Assembly: GCF_964355755.1 (NCBI RefSeq) | Contig: NC_092678.1 | Location: 21,407,365 to 21,471,364 of the forward strand | Length of the DNA stretch: 64,000 nucleotides | Source of the DNA: Antedon mediterranea | Taxonomy: Eukaryota > Animalia > Echinodermata | Direction of reading: 5' to 3' | In this document: positions 40,628 through 52,889 of the stretch, piece after piece | How the letters are laid out: each line of letters begins with the position of its first letter | Numbering within the stretch: the stretch's first letter is position 1 | Program-made: the position numbers and the translations under genes | The notes under the pieces: generated by a model | Seen by the model: the letters and a program-made list of their open reading frames with translations, nothing else | Databases searched by the model: none | What the model was told of the DNA's origin: nothing

Positions 40628-41536
40628 TTTGAAAGTAATTCGTATTCGTGTTGCCGATATATTCGGTTGAATTTAGGCCTATAAGGAATGCGGTTGGAGG
40701 GTCGCCTATTATTATTATTAGGCCCTAGTAGTAGTAGTGATCTAGCTTTATCTTTTAGTAATCCATTCTTCCGGATCACTAACTCATAAACAATGAAATC
40801 TTTAGATGCCATTGTTGTACGTGACGTCACACCCCAGACATTACATTTTGAAATGGGACAAAATAAAATATTATATTAATTTTGCACACGTTTCCGGCCG
40901 ATATCAATATTTCAAAGTATTTAGCGTAGAAATGCAGTCTTTGTCATTGATTTTTGTTCTTTAAACTTTTGGTGATACATTCCTTTTTTTTATGAACTTT
41001 AATTGCAAAATAACAACGCACATTGTGGTGGTGGAAGGGTGTGTACGTTTAAGAATTCCAAAAAAAAAAAAAAAAAATTATAAAAAATGACATTCAAATC
41101 ACATTTTTTTTTTTCTTTTAGGTTTATTGATTTATAATGTTTTCCCAATGTGATTTCGTTAGTATAATTACTATATTAAGTAGATTTTAATCAAATTAAT
41201 TATTTATAATGACATTTATATGACTTAATACGAGTTATGTTTGTTAAAATGCATAAAAAATGCATAAAAATTGCATACAAAGTTAATATGACTCATAAGC
41301 TAGATTAATATTTAGCTTAATTAATAATATTTCAATTAAAAATGTGTTTATTTGTATTTTACTTCGTAAAATGTACCTTTTTCCTGAATCCATTCATTCA
41401 TTCTTTTATTTCAGATAAATATCCACAGACATTTATTCTGAGAAATATCAGACTATAAAAACAAATTATTTGACACACCATCTATATGGTACAATTTTGA
41501 CAATGTTTAACAATGTTAGTGATTTTTCTAATTAAA

Positions 41537-44500
41537 TTAGTCACCGATTTCATCTTAGTGTATAGTGTTGTATGATTTCATCTCTTGTTTTTGTAATATT
41601 TCCATGTGACCATTCTTGTTGCTCTGCTTTCGCAAATATTAAAAAGAAAATCATTGCAAAAATATGGACAGCAGCAATTATTCTAAACATCAAAGACCAC
41701 TGATTGGCTGTATTCTAGAAGAAAAAAAACAAAACAAAACATGCACTTTAAAACTTTTTCCATTTTAGGACGATTTGTGATCCGCGTAATACGTTGTTCC
41801 CACTTTTTGTTGACTCAACGTGAGGGCGTAAGCGTACCGCTATAATAACTTGACCAATAATGATGCGTTGTGCCTACGTCATTGCGTTGCGCCTACATCA
41901 TTTCGTTGCGCCTACGTCATTGCGCTGCGCCTAAGTAGAAATAAAGTATATGCTATAGTGTTGTCTGTCACAGTTTTATTTGATATGCCACAACATAATT
42001 CTATCTAAAATGATTTATGAAAATTTAAGGTTAACACTCAAGTGGCTAGGTAGGCCTAATGTATTGTGTGTCCTCGAAAAACCTGCTCTTATAAGGATTT
42101 GAATGTGATCATGGTACGATCGATCAGTTTTTTTCGAAAAGAGATTATTATTTGTTTTCAATCGAACACAACATCAACGTCACGAGTAATGTAAGTCTGT
42201 TCAAAGACTATTAAATAGTACCACATCTGTCTGATTCTACGTTATTTTACAAAGTGGCCTTTTTCCTCACGACGAGGCGGCACACGCACTACGCGCGCGT
42301 GGTCATGTGCGTTCAATCGTACCCGATACTTACATCTTCTTTAATCAACCCTCCAAGAATAAGTGGATAAATAAAACCAACCACACCGGCTGTAGATGTT
42401 ACTATTCCTACAATTATTTGTGAGTGTTCCTTTGTTATCTCCATTATGTTTGTAAATGTGCCTGTATACATTCCACCAGAAGCAAACGCCACTGTAAGAA
42501 GTACAACACATTCGGCTGCATGGTTTTCAAAGTATCCAATACAAAATAGACAAATACCAGGTATTCCCATATCTACAAAAAAGTCACAGAAATTGTAACA
42601 AATAGGCATAATAAAGAAGATAGGCCAAATTATGGAATGCAATGGAAAAACCTAGGAAAAGTAATACTCACCAAATAAATAGAACTTGACAATGATATTT
42701 TGGTTGCAATAATTTAGGTTGTGAAATAACAGCCCAGTTAAAAATGATTATTGAATTTTTGTTGTGTAATAAAATTACATTGGATTCTATATAGCAAGCC
42801 TATTGTTTTTAGTGTTAACCGTTGTTTAGAAAAAAAAAACGATGAATGAATTAAATCATATTCTTTTTTTAAAGACATAAAACCGTTTTATCTTACGTAA
42901 AATCATAATAAACTTTCTAGTATTTAAGACATTCAGGTATTCCCGCCGAATGATGACGTCAGCAGCCGCACCGGACAAAAGTGAAACCATAAATTCTAAA
43001 ATTGATGGAATTGATGTTAAAACTGCAATCTATAAATTTAGAAAATAATAACACTTCAGATACATTTTTTTAATTTCAAAATGTGACGTTATAAGAGATC
43101 AGGATAAAGTAAAACACAACGAGGGATGTGCCGAAAAAAGACAATAATTATAAGAGGCCCACAAAAGTGAAGTAGACTTACAATTATATCAAAACAAAAA
43201 GAGAAGTTTACTTACATGTATTGTAGTAAATCCTAATGTCAATAAATAACTTGGTCCTTCGGTAAGTATAAAAAGATAACTAGAACTGAACGACGTTTGA
43301 GCAACAATTATCGACCACACTGCAGTTGATGTAAATATATCACACCACGGAACCGGTACATCCTTTTAAATAAAAGTATTAAATTGCATGTGCATTAGTA
43401 GGCCTAATCAATGTTATGAAATATCATTCTAGGGGTTAATCAATGTGCTACTTGAATAATTGTATTTATAATTTATTTACTTATTTAATTGGCTTCCTTT
43501 TTTAGTTTATACCTCTTTCAATTTCATTCCATTCACTTTATTGCAAAACAAAAATAAGTATTATTAAAGATGTATTGTCCCTTTGTCAAATTCCAAAAAA
43601 ATAAAAATAAAAATATTTCGAAAAAAGTGGGTCATTTTGAAGTATTATAATAGTTATTAACTTTCACCAAAAAATAGTCGAAAAAAAAATCATTTAACTG
43701 AAATACAGACGTTTCTTGGTTAAAAAAAATGACTTTCACTTCCAGTCAAAGTTTTTGATCAAAACATATCTCATAATGCAATGCGCATATTTGGCTACTA
43801 TGTATGCATAATCATAAAACTTTCTCGCGATCTGTGTGAAAACACCTTCTCAACCGTGACAAGTTGTAAACAATCCTAATTAGCATCATGCATAATGTAT
43901 ACTCATGGTTTGAAATCTTTGTTTACTTTGTTTTCCAGACGAAATGTAATCAAATTAATGTAGCTATTAATTACGTAAAATTGTTGTTTTTGTCTCGAAT
44001 TTTCGACTTAAAGTGAATAACTTTAATATTACTTTGATATGGCCAATTAAAATTTAGTATATTTTGACCTTCATTTTTTTGGTGTTTCAAGGGACAATAC
44101 ATCTTTAAGCATTTGCTTTCTTGGTGACGCAATCATTATTTGGAAATAAATGTTATTTTTTTATAAGTATATAATCAAAAAATCATTCCGCAAAGAATAA
44201 TTTATTTTCTTATATATGTTGTAATAGTTTGTCTAAAATACAGGCAAGTAAGCATTGGTAACGCAAGTTTACAAGCTCAAGTAGTATACGTATGAAACGC
44301 CATACGTGCTAAAATAATTATGTTTTTACTAATATTAAGTAAAAACTCCGTCTGGCAGCCATACTAGTTACATTCAAGATGTTCTACCAACATGAGAAAT
44401 AAAGAGGAGTAGAATCAAGCTTTGAATAAGCCACTTTGTACCTTTAACAAAATTATACACTTTCGACGAACCAAAAATGATACACTGTAAGAGTTAAAAC

Positions 44501-46082
44501 AGTATTCATATGTCAAACAATGAGCTTTCTTCCAGTTTACTAATTTCCTTCGTAAATTTACGAGTCAGGTAATACTTATTTTAAGGTGGCATTAAAATGG
44601 CCTATTTTAAAACTTATATTATTTTTAGTCTGTAGAAGGACAATTTTTTTTTCAATTGAATTTATGATACGATATTATTTCTTAATGTAATTTTTACAAC
44701 TAGGTTCAATGAAATTTGGTTGGTTTATATTTGATATACATACAATATACAAATATAATGAAAACAAAAAAGCGTTTAAGCAATAAATCTAATGAGGACT
44801 ATTTCAAAATAATATTCATTTATTTTGAAATCTGTTTATTACAGGATTGATATCGAATGATGGTAAGATTACCTTATTTTGTACTTCGAGTTGAAAACCT
44901 TTCAAATATTCAACTTCCTTTGTTGAAACATAAGGATCGTCAACTGGGTCGTCATAAATGAAAGCTATGCAAATTATTACAAAAAGAGCACAAATAGAAC
45001 CTACAACAAGAATTCAATGGTTGCTTAGAATATTGTTGAGAAGGTTATCTTTTTGTACAATAACCAATATACGAATGACCGATTTGGGGTAGGCTTTTCT
45101 CAAGGTTGTTTATTATAAAGAATATTGTATGCTTACTTAGTGGCATTAGTGAACATTATACATACTATATAGACAGTATGGGTTGTTTATCAATAATATT
45201 GAACTCACTGTAAGTATAATATGACATCGGCCATCCACCTAAACTGGAAGAAGTAGCAATCCACGTAGATAACGGGTAACAGCAAACTTCAGCTATGCAC
45301 GAGCCTGTAAAGAAAACGTTACCGGTAGTTAAGGCGCCGCGTGAAAATGAAACATTGACGTTCGATTGGATTGCCGGCGCCGGACTGGAACATGTGTGAA
45401 AGACCTTTTAATAAGTAATTCTGGATTTTCTTTATCAAAATGTCGATTGCTCAAATCATTGAACTAGCTCATTGAGAACGATTGTTTCGAATTTGTTGTC
45501 GGTCCATCCTTGTTTTACTTTGCGTTGCGTCCAAATGGGAACCAAGCCATCAAACCAGAAATTAGCTTTCTTTTACATTTTAAATACTTTACCAGAAAAT
45601 GCAATTGATACCAATGTACTCCGTTCAGACGGAACAATCCATTTTCTTAAAGTGATGTATATCCCCGGCATGATTAATCCCTGAAAGTAAATAAGGGGGT
45701 TTTACGTCATTTTTTTCAAATCGTAAACACAGAACATCAGCTAATCACTATAATGTGTAGAACATGTTTTAAAATAATAATTTACACGCGATTAGATTTA
45801 TTGTTTTCCATTTGTTTATCAATCAAAACCGACCATAACGTAACTCAGAAAACTATACTTGTTTGCAAGGACCGAACTTGTGTTTTAAGAGAATGCTATT
45901 AGCTTACGAACTTATTGCACTGTCATCTGAAATCTTCGTCACATTTAAGTTCTGTTCTGATCTTCTGTGGTGGCATTCCATCTTTTTACCATGCTTATAA
46001 TGGTAATGTTGAGGTTCAATCTAGTACAGAAAACACAAATATATGCTAAACAACTCGTTACTGCTACAAAATATCGTTTCAT
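41537..46082 (-). pseudogene. SLC17 copy C, diverged paralogue, pseudogene
   Basis: Exon 1 46082-45908 is 175 nt with a TAA at 45947-45945. Exon 2 is missing (junction ~45715). Exons 45680-45593, 45304-45209, 45000-44873, 43362-43216, 43029-42897 and 42572-42334 are intact. Exon 9 (from 41714) has a +1 frameshift near its end. Confidence 0.85.
43568..44104. mobile_element. Kolobok-like MITE in intron 5 of copy C (opposite orientation to the copies in A and B)
   Basis: TTAA|AGATGTATTGTCCCTT...AAGGGACAATACATCT|TTAA. Confidence 0.85.
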
Positions 46083-46499
46083 TTTAAAAGCGACTAATTT
46101 TAAATTATAGCGAATGCGGTTTGAGGGAAGAACACACAATACTATGCTCTTATTATATTACAACAATGAAACCCGTCACCCGTTAATACTAGTAATAATA
46201 ACGGTAGTCTTATCATGGACTTATAAGTCTACTACAATGTTTTCTAAGCCCTTTAGGCTTACATGACCCGATTCTGCTACTGTACTGTCAATAGGTATGT
46301 ATCTGTATAACTATTTAAAGTGTATGCTGTCTGCATAAATGCTGTACAGTACTTTTAACATACATATATTATAGAAGACGCTATACAGATACTACCTATT
46401 GACAGTAGCAGAATCGGCTGCTTACATACTACATAACACACAAAACAATGATACATACAATATTCCTAAAATAATCCCCCCAAAAAAGAAGAAAAGCAG

Positions 46500-47290
46500 A
46501 GGATACGATAGTATTTATTGTCATTTATACAACAAGGTACAAATAAAATTTGGTTGGTTGATTACATTTTATATAAATACAATAACAAAGAAATTACAGA
46601 TCTAACAAACTTGACATTAAATACATGAATAGAATTATAAAAAAATGAATTGAGAGGGTGATCGGGATCTTGACATTGTTATTGACAGTTTTAGGATGTC
46701 CCTTTCATGAAGTGAAATAAGAGGTTCAAGGCTAATGAGGAATCATTTACACGACACCATTCCGTTCTCCAGCAATTTGAAGCTCTCATATGAGAGCTAA
46801 CCTGAACAGTTTTCACAGGAGCTCGAGTGAAAACTGTTTACCCATCCTACCAAAATAAGAAGAAAAAATATGTTACAGATCATTCCAAAGACGAACAGAT
46901 GAAAAGATAAATGGTTTGTTGCCATAGTAAACAGTGACTGATTTTGAAACATTAACCTCGGAGGACAATATGGTGTGATAAGTGTAGTATGGCGAATTGA
47001 GTTCAAACTCTTGTAACAGTCAACAGAATCTTTAAATTAATTCTTTCTTGGATAGGAAGCGAGTGGAGATCTTTGAGGATTGGAGTTATATTGTCTAGTG
47101 AAAAAGGTGCAGCACTATTCTGAATCAGTTGTGATTTCAGATTTTGGTAGCCCATATAAGATAGAATTGCATAAATCCAACCAGAATGTTATGTAGACAT
47201 GTACTATTCTCTCAGAGTCTCAGTGCTTTGTTGTTGAGATTTTTCCTAACGCTACAAATCTTGCAAATTCCTACTTAAGCTGCACAACAT
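46500..47290 (-). mobile_element. L2/CR1-type LINE 3' portion (longer copy), interrupted on its 5' side by two MITEs
   Basis: Homologous to 16720-17245 and extends further into degenerate ORF2 (NITPILKDLHSLPIQERINLK, ILYGLPK); probable 3' tail near 46500-46520. Confidence 0.7.
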
Positions 47291-47291
47291 A

Positions 47292-48221
47292 CGCCCGTAT
47301 TCTTAAACCGGACTTTAGTCGTAGTTCGAAGTTCGACTTGGAAAATTCGTAGTTCGAGCTATTACTTCAAATTCGATTCAAAAACGAAGTAGTCGAAGTT
47401 TGCAGTTCGACTTAATGAAGTCGAGCTTTTAGTCGAGTTGCACACGTCTGGGTAACAAAGGCTATACATTGGCCAATGACAAGAGAGTATTTGAGGAGCA
47501 GACGAAATTTTGCGCATTGATATCACTTTCTATTTCTTACAACACTTTTTACGCATCAGGACTATATACATGAAAAATAATTTTAATCGTTAATTATTAG
47601 AACAATATCAGTATTAATTTAACAGTGAAGTATATTTGATTAACAACAAATAAAATCTTAAAAATATATTTAGGAACCATGGCGGTACGGTAACTTTTAT
47701 ATTTTCTAGGCCCCCAACAAAGTATGATCGCCACGAACCACGCACTTCATAGCGTGACAAGAAAGCGCTAGGCCCCCTAAACATTCCATCGCGTGGTGAA
47801 TTGCCGCATCTCCCATTGTCGCTATGGCGTGACGTAGCTCAAGTCGGACTTGCGCGAAGAAAATAATGTAATTTGTATACAGTTGTTGTAAATAAAGATG
47901 ATTTTCATTATTATAATTTATACCAATGTATATTTAATTAAGCTAATATAAATATAGATATTTCATTCTTCAATATCTGGCCAATATAACAACTCAATGA
48001 CTGTTACGTTTTTTATAAACATCGTTTAAAAACCATTTAGTCGACCATTTAGTCTGCCCCCTCCAGGACTAAAAAAATCGATCAAAATCCGTCTCGATTT
48101 AGTCGAGGTTGGCCTGATTTAGTCGGTGATTTAGTTGAAGTTCGGTTTATGAATTAAAATGACGTCATTTTTTTAGTTTTAGCTCGAACTATGACTAAAG
48201 TCCGGTTTAAGAATACGGGCG
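47292..48221. mobile_element. PIF/Harbinger-like MITE, ~930 bp, copy 1
   Basis: TIR CGCCCGTATTCTTAAACCGGACTTTAGTCGTAGTTCGA...TCGAACTATGACTAAAGTCCGGTTTAAGAATACGGGCG. Confidence 0.85.
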
Positions 48222-48283
48222 TAAGTTTACAAACTTTTAAAGATTTTAAAACCATACAGTATAACGTGACTCTCAAGCTCTTA

Positions 48284-49316
48284 CGCCCGTATTCTTAAAC
48301 CGGACTTTAGTCGTAGTTCAAAGTTCGACTTGAAAAAGTCGTAGTTCGAGCTATTACTTCAAATTCGATTCAAAAACGAAGTAGTCGAAGTTTGCAGTTC
48401 GACTTAATGAAGTCGAGCTTTTAGTCGAGTTGCACACGTCTGGGTAACAAAGGCTAAACATTGGCCAATGACAAGAGAGTATTTGAGGAGCAGACGAAAT
48501 TTTGCGCATTGATATCACTTTCCATTTTCTTACAAAACTTTTTACGCATCAGGACTATATACATGAAAAATAATTTTAATCGTTAATTATTAGAACAAGA
48601 TCAGTATAAATTTAACAGTGAAGTACTTTTGATTAACAACAAACAAAATCTTCAAAATATGTTTAGGAACCATGGCGGTACGGTAACTTTCATATTTTCT
48701 AGGCCTCCAACAAAGTATGATCGCGACGAAACACGCACTTCCTAGTGTTACAAGAAAGCGCTAGGCCCCCTAAACATTCCATTGCGTGGTGAATTGCCGC
48801 ATCTCCCATTGTCGCTATGGCGTGACGTAGTTCAAGTCGGACTTGCGCGAAGAAAATAATGTAATTTGTATACAGTTGTAAATAATAAAGATGATTTTCA
48901 TTATTATAACTTATACCAATGTATATTTAATTAAGCTAATATAAATATAGGTATTTCATTCTTCAATATCTGGCCAATATAACAACTCAGTGACTGTTAC
49001 GTTTTTTATAAACATCGTTTAAAAACCATTTAGTTGACCATTTAGCCTGCCCCTCCAGGACTAAAAAAATCGATCAAAATCCGTCTCGATTTAGTCGAGG
49101 TTGGCCTGATTTAGTCGGTGATTTAGTTGAAGTTCGGTTTATGAATTAAAATGACGTCATTTTTTTAGTTTTAGCTCGAACTACGACTAAAGTCAGGTTT
49201 AAGAATACGGGCGTTAATCGGTGATTTAGTTGAAGTTCGGTTTATGAATTAAAATGACGTCATTTTTTTAGTTTTAGCTCGAACTACGACTAAAGTCAGG
49301 TTTAAGAATACGGGCG
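48284..49316. mobile_element. Same MITE, copy 2 (48284-49213), with a tandem duplication of its right ~100 bp (to 49316)
   Basis: Near-identical to copy 1; TTA precedes the element and follows both right ends. Confidence 0.85.
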
Positions 49317-49392
49317 TTAGCCTCACACTTCACCATCTTGGAACAATTGCCCATAGATTGAAGGAGATTTGGAAAACTTTGATTAAGAAGCC

Positions 49393-50672
49393 GGGACACA
49401 GCTATTCTGAGGACATCCTTATTGAGTGACACTCTTATTCTGAGGACATCCTTATTGAGAGGACACTCCTATTCTGAGGACATCCTTTTTGAGTGGAAAC
49501 ACCTATTCCAAGGACTTCCTTATTGAGAGGACACTCCTATTCTGTGGACATCCTTAATGAGAGGACACTCCTATTATGACGACATCCTTATTGAGGAGAC
49601 ACAGCTATTCTAAGGACATTCTTATTGAGGGAACACTCCTATTCTGTGGAAATCCTTAATGAGAGGACACTCCTATTATGAGGACATCCTTATTGAGGAG
49701 ACACAACTATTCTAAGGACATTCTTATTGAGGGAACACTCCTATTCTAAGGACATCCTTATTGAGGGGATTCTGAGGACATCCTTATGGGGTTGGGGACA
49801 CACCAATTCTAAGGACATCCTTATTGAGAGGACACTCCTATTCTGAGGATATCCTTGTTGAGGGGACACTCCTCCTATTCTGAGAACATCCTTATTGAGG
49901 GGACACTCATATTCTGAGGACATCCTTGTTGAGGTGACGCTCCTCATAAACACATATTCTGTTGACATTCCTATTGCGGGGACATTCCTAATCTGAGGAA
50001 ATCCTTATTGAGGGGACACTCCTATTCTGAGGACATCCTTATTGAGGGAACATCCTTATTGAGGGTATACTCATATTCAGAGGACATCCATATTAAGGGG
50101 ACACTCTTATTCTGAGCACATCCTTATTGAGGGGACACTCCTATTCTGAGGACATCCTTATTGAGGTGACACTCCTATTCTGAAAACATCCTTATTGAGG
50201 GGACACTCCTATTCTAGAACATCCTTATTTAGGGGACACACCAATTCTAAGGACATCCTTATTGAGAGGACACTCCTATTCTGAGGATATCCTTGTTGAG
50301 GGGACACTCCTCCTATTCTGAGAACATCCTTATTGAGGGGACACACCAATTCTAAGGACATCCTTATTGAGAGGACACTCCTATTCTGAGGAAATCCTTA
50401 TTGAGGGGACACTCCTATTCTGAGGACATCCTTATTGAGGGAACATCCTTATTGAGGGTATACTCATATTCAGAGGACATCCATATTAAGGGAACACTCT
50501 TATTCTGAGCACATCCTTATTGAGGGGACATTCCTATTATGAGGACGTCCTTATTAAGGGGACACTCCTATTCTAGAACATCCTTATTAAGGGGACACTC
50601 CTATTCTAAGGACATCCTTATTGAGGGGACACTCCTATTCTGAGGACATCCTTATTGAGGGGACACTCTTAT
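49393..50672. repeat. 34-bp minisatellite array C (more degenerate)
   Basis: Same consensus with its own variants (CACCAATTC, CTCCTCCT); followed by the same ...GAGTTCTACT end block as arrays A and B. Confidence 0.95.
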
Positions 50673-52280
50673 TCAAAATACACTTTCGGGTTAAATAAAT
50701 GATGGACAATCTATATTAAGGAGATACTTTGAGGGGTCTTTATATGAGTTCTACTATATGTTCAAATGACTACTAAATATAGTAAAATTTAATATATAAT
50801 ACAATGAGACAATTAAAATATATAGTTTTATTTCGGAATTAGTTCAATATTTAAAATCAAGACTTGACGCTTATTGACTTTAAAATACTTAGTGCTGTCA
50901 GGGAAGAGTGAAATTAATATCACTCTTCTCTGGTGTTGTCCACCATTCTGTAACAGCCGCTCAATATAATGTCTTTACTCTCATTACAAGTTAATACTAA
51001 CACACTTTATCAATACTATTTATTGAAAGTATGATCAAATAAATTGTTATCTCATCACAATGTATGTATAAAGTTATAAATAATTAAAAAAAACAATAAA
51101 TAAATAATCTAAATACATTGTATACATCGTACATTTCTATCTTAAAATCATCTAAAAGTCGAAGAAAGTCAGGTCTCGGGTCCATTCTATAGTCGTCGCG
51201 GATTGATTTCTTCATCAGTACTTCTATGAATGGTATTTAGTCACCACTTTCATCTTGTATAGTGTTGTATGATTTCATCTCTTGTTTTGTAATATTTCCA
51301 TGTGACCATTTTTGTTGCTCTGCTTTTGCAAATATTAGAAAGAAAATCATTGCAAAAATATGGACAGCAGCAATTATTCTAAACATCAAAGACCACTGAT
51401 TGGCTGTATTCTGAAAGAAGTATATAGATATGATAAAATGTAGATAAATAAGATAAGCTTTATCGCAAATAACTTGATACATCGCGAGGAACGTCATTGC
51501 ACAGTGCATGATGGGAAGGAATTGGTAGAAAAATTAAATAACGTCAAAGATCTTATATACTAAAGATAGGACACTCTCGGAATTTTACGTGCAATTCATG
51601 TAACACACATGGAGCTCATTTTATAGGGCGCCCTCTCACTCAAACGAGTAGATTTATGGATCAGATATGTCTACTGTATTGTAACTGAATACTCAATTTT
51701 TTTCATCACAATAATAGTATATGATCTTTGGTTTATTCCAAAGATCTTATATACTACTTTTCATCCAGCAGCAAAACAGTGCATATTAGGAAAATATATT
51801 AGTCAAATAGTGTGTTATAAACAATTAAAAAAGAACAAGAAGTCACTTTTTAAAATCACTACTTCGACTATTTTATTGCAGTAATTTTTAGGAATATATT
51901 TATAAACAATCATAGGCTTAAGCCTACAGTCATGACATGAAACAGATTATGATAGTCAATTCTGAGACAATTCATACTAGGACTACTGCATTATGTACCC
52001 ATCATTTGCCATGACATTCATTTGTTATTATAATTTATTTAAAACCTGAGATAGCAATTAGTTATGTTATAGTAGTCTCAGTTTAAAATTAACTCAATAA
52101 CTATTGCAAAATGATGCACGGGCCACCCAGAGGAAATATAAAAAATGTAGAAACATTGAAATAAAATCATCATATTTACAATTATTCAATCATCATACCA
52201 GACCGTCGTAATGATCATTATTTCTAGCCGATAATGCACAGACCGGGGCGCGTACAGATCTCCTACAACTTTACCATACC

Positions 52281-52844
52281 TCATAAATGTGATACTTTAA
52301 TTAATTTTTTACTCTTCTTCTTATCACTGATTATGTCTTTGTTGAAAAATTTAACAGCATAGAATATGCGTAGGTTTACGTACGTTTCAATTAGCAATGT
52401 TTCAATTGCTGGTGAACAAAGATTCAACTTCATACCAAATCTATGTAACATGGTAGCGATTTTTAACTTTATTTTTCTGCTGATGTTTGATGTATGTAAG
52501 TATTTGTTAAAGTTAGAAACAAAAATCTTTTCACAGATAGATAGGACATTAACTACATTGTCAGTAGGCATAATTAATCCTCCGAAGTCGTTGTACTGGT
52601 TGATGGGCATATAAGACTTAAAATGTGTTAGGAACTGCCTTGGGTCTTCCAGTTTTCGATTGGTTTCTCGCATCGCACTGTTACAGATATCACAGTTGTG
52701 CTTTACACTTACTTTCTTGACGACGTAACCGGCTACATATACTAAAGTATTTAGCTGAGTCATCTCAAAGTCTTCTAAGCAGCAGTCGTCGTCAGTGGTG
52801 GCATCGTTGTCTTCTTGATCGGTAACATGATGCGATTGTGGCGT

Positions 52845-52889
<45 letters not shown>

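Noticed and set aside
49741-49968. 75-aa ORF in minisatellite C
   Set aside because: Chance open frame in a tandem repeat.
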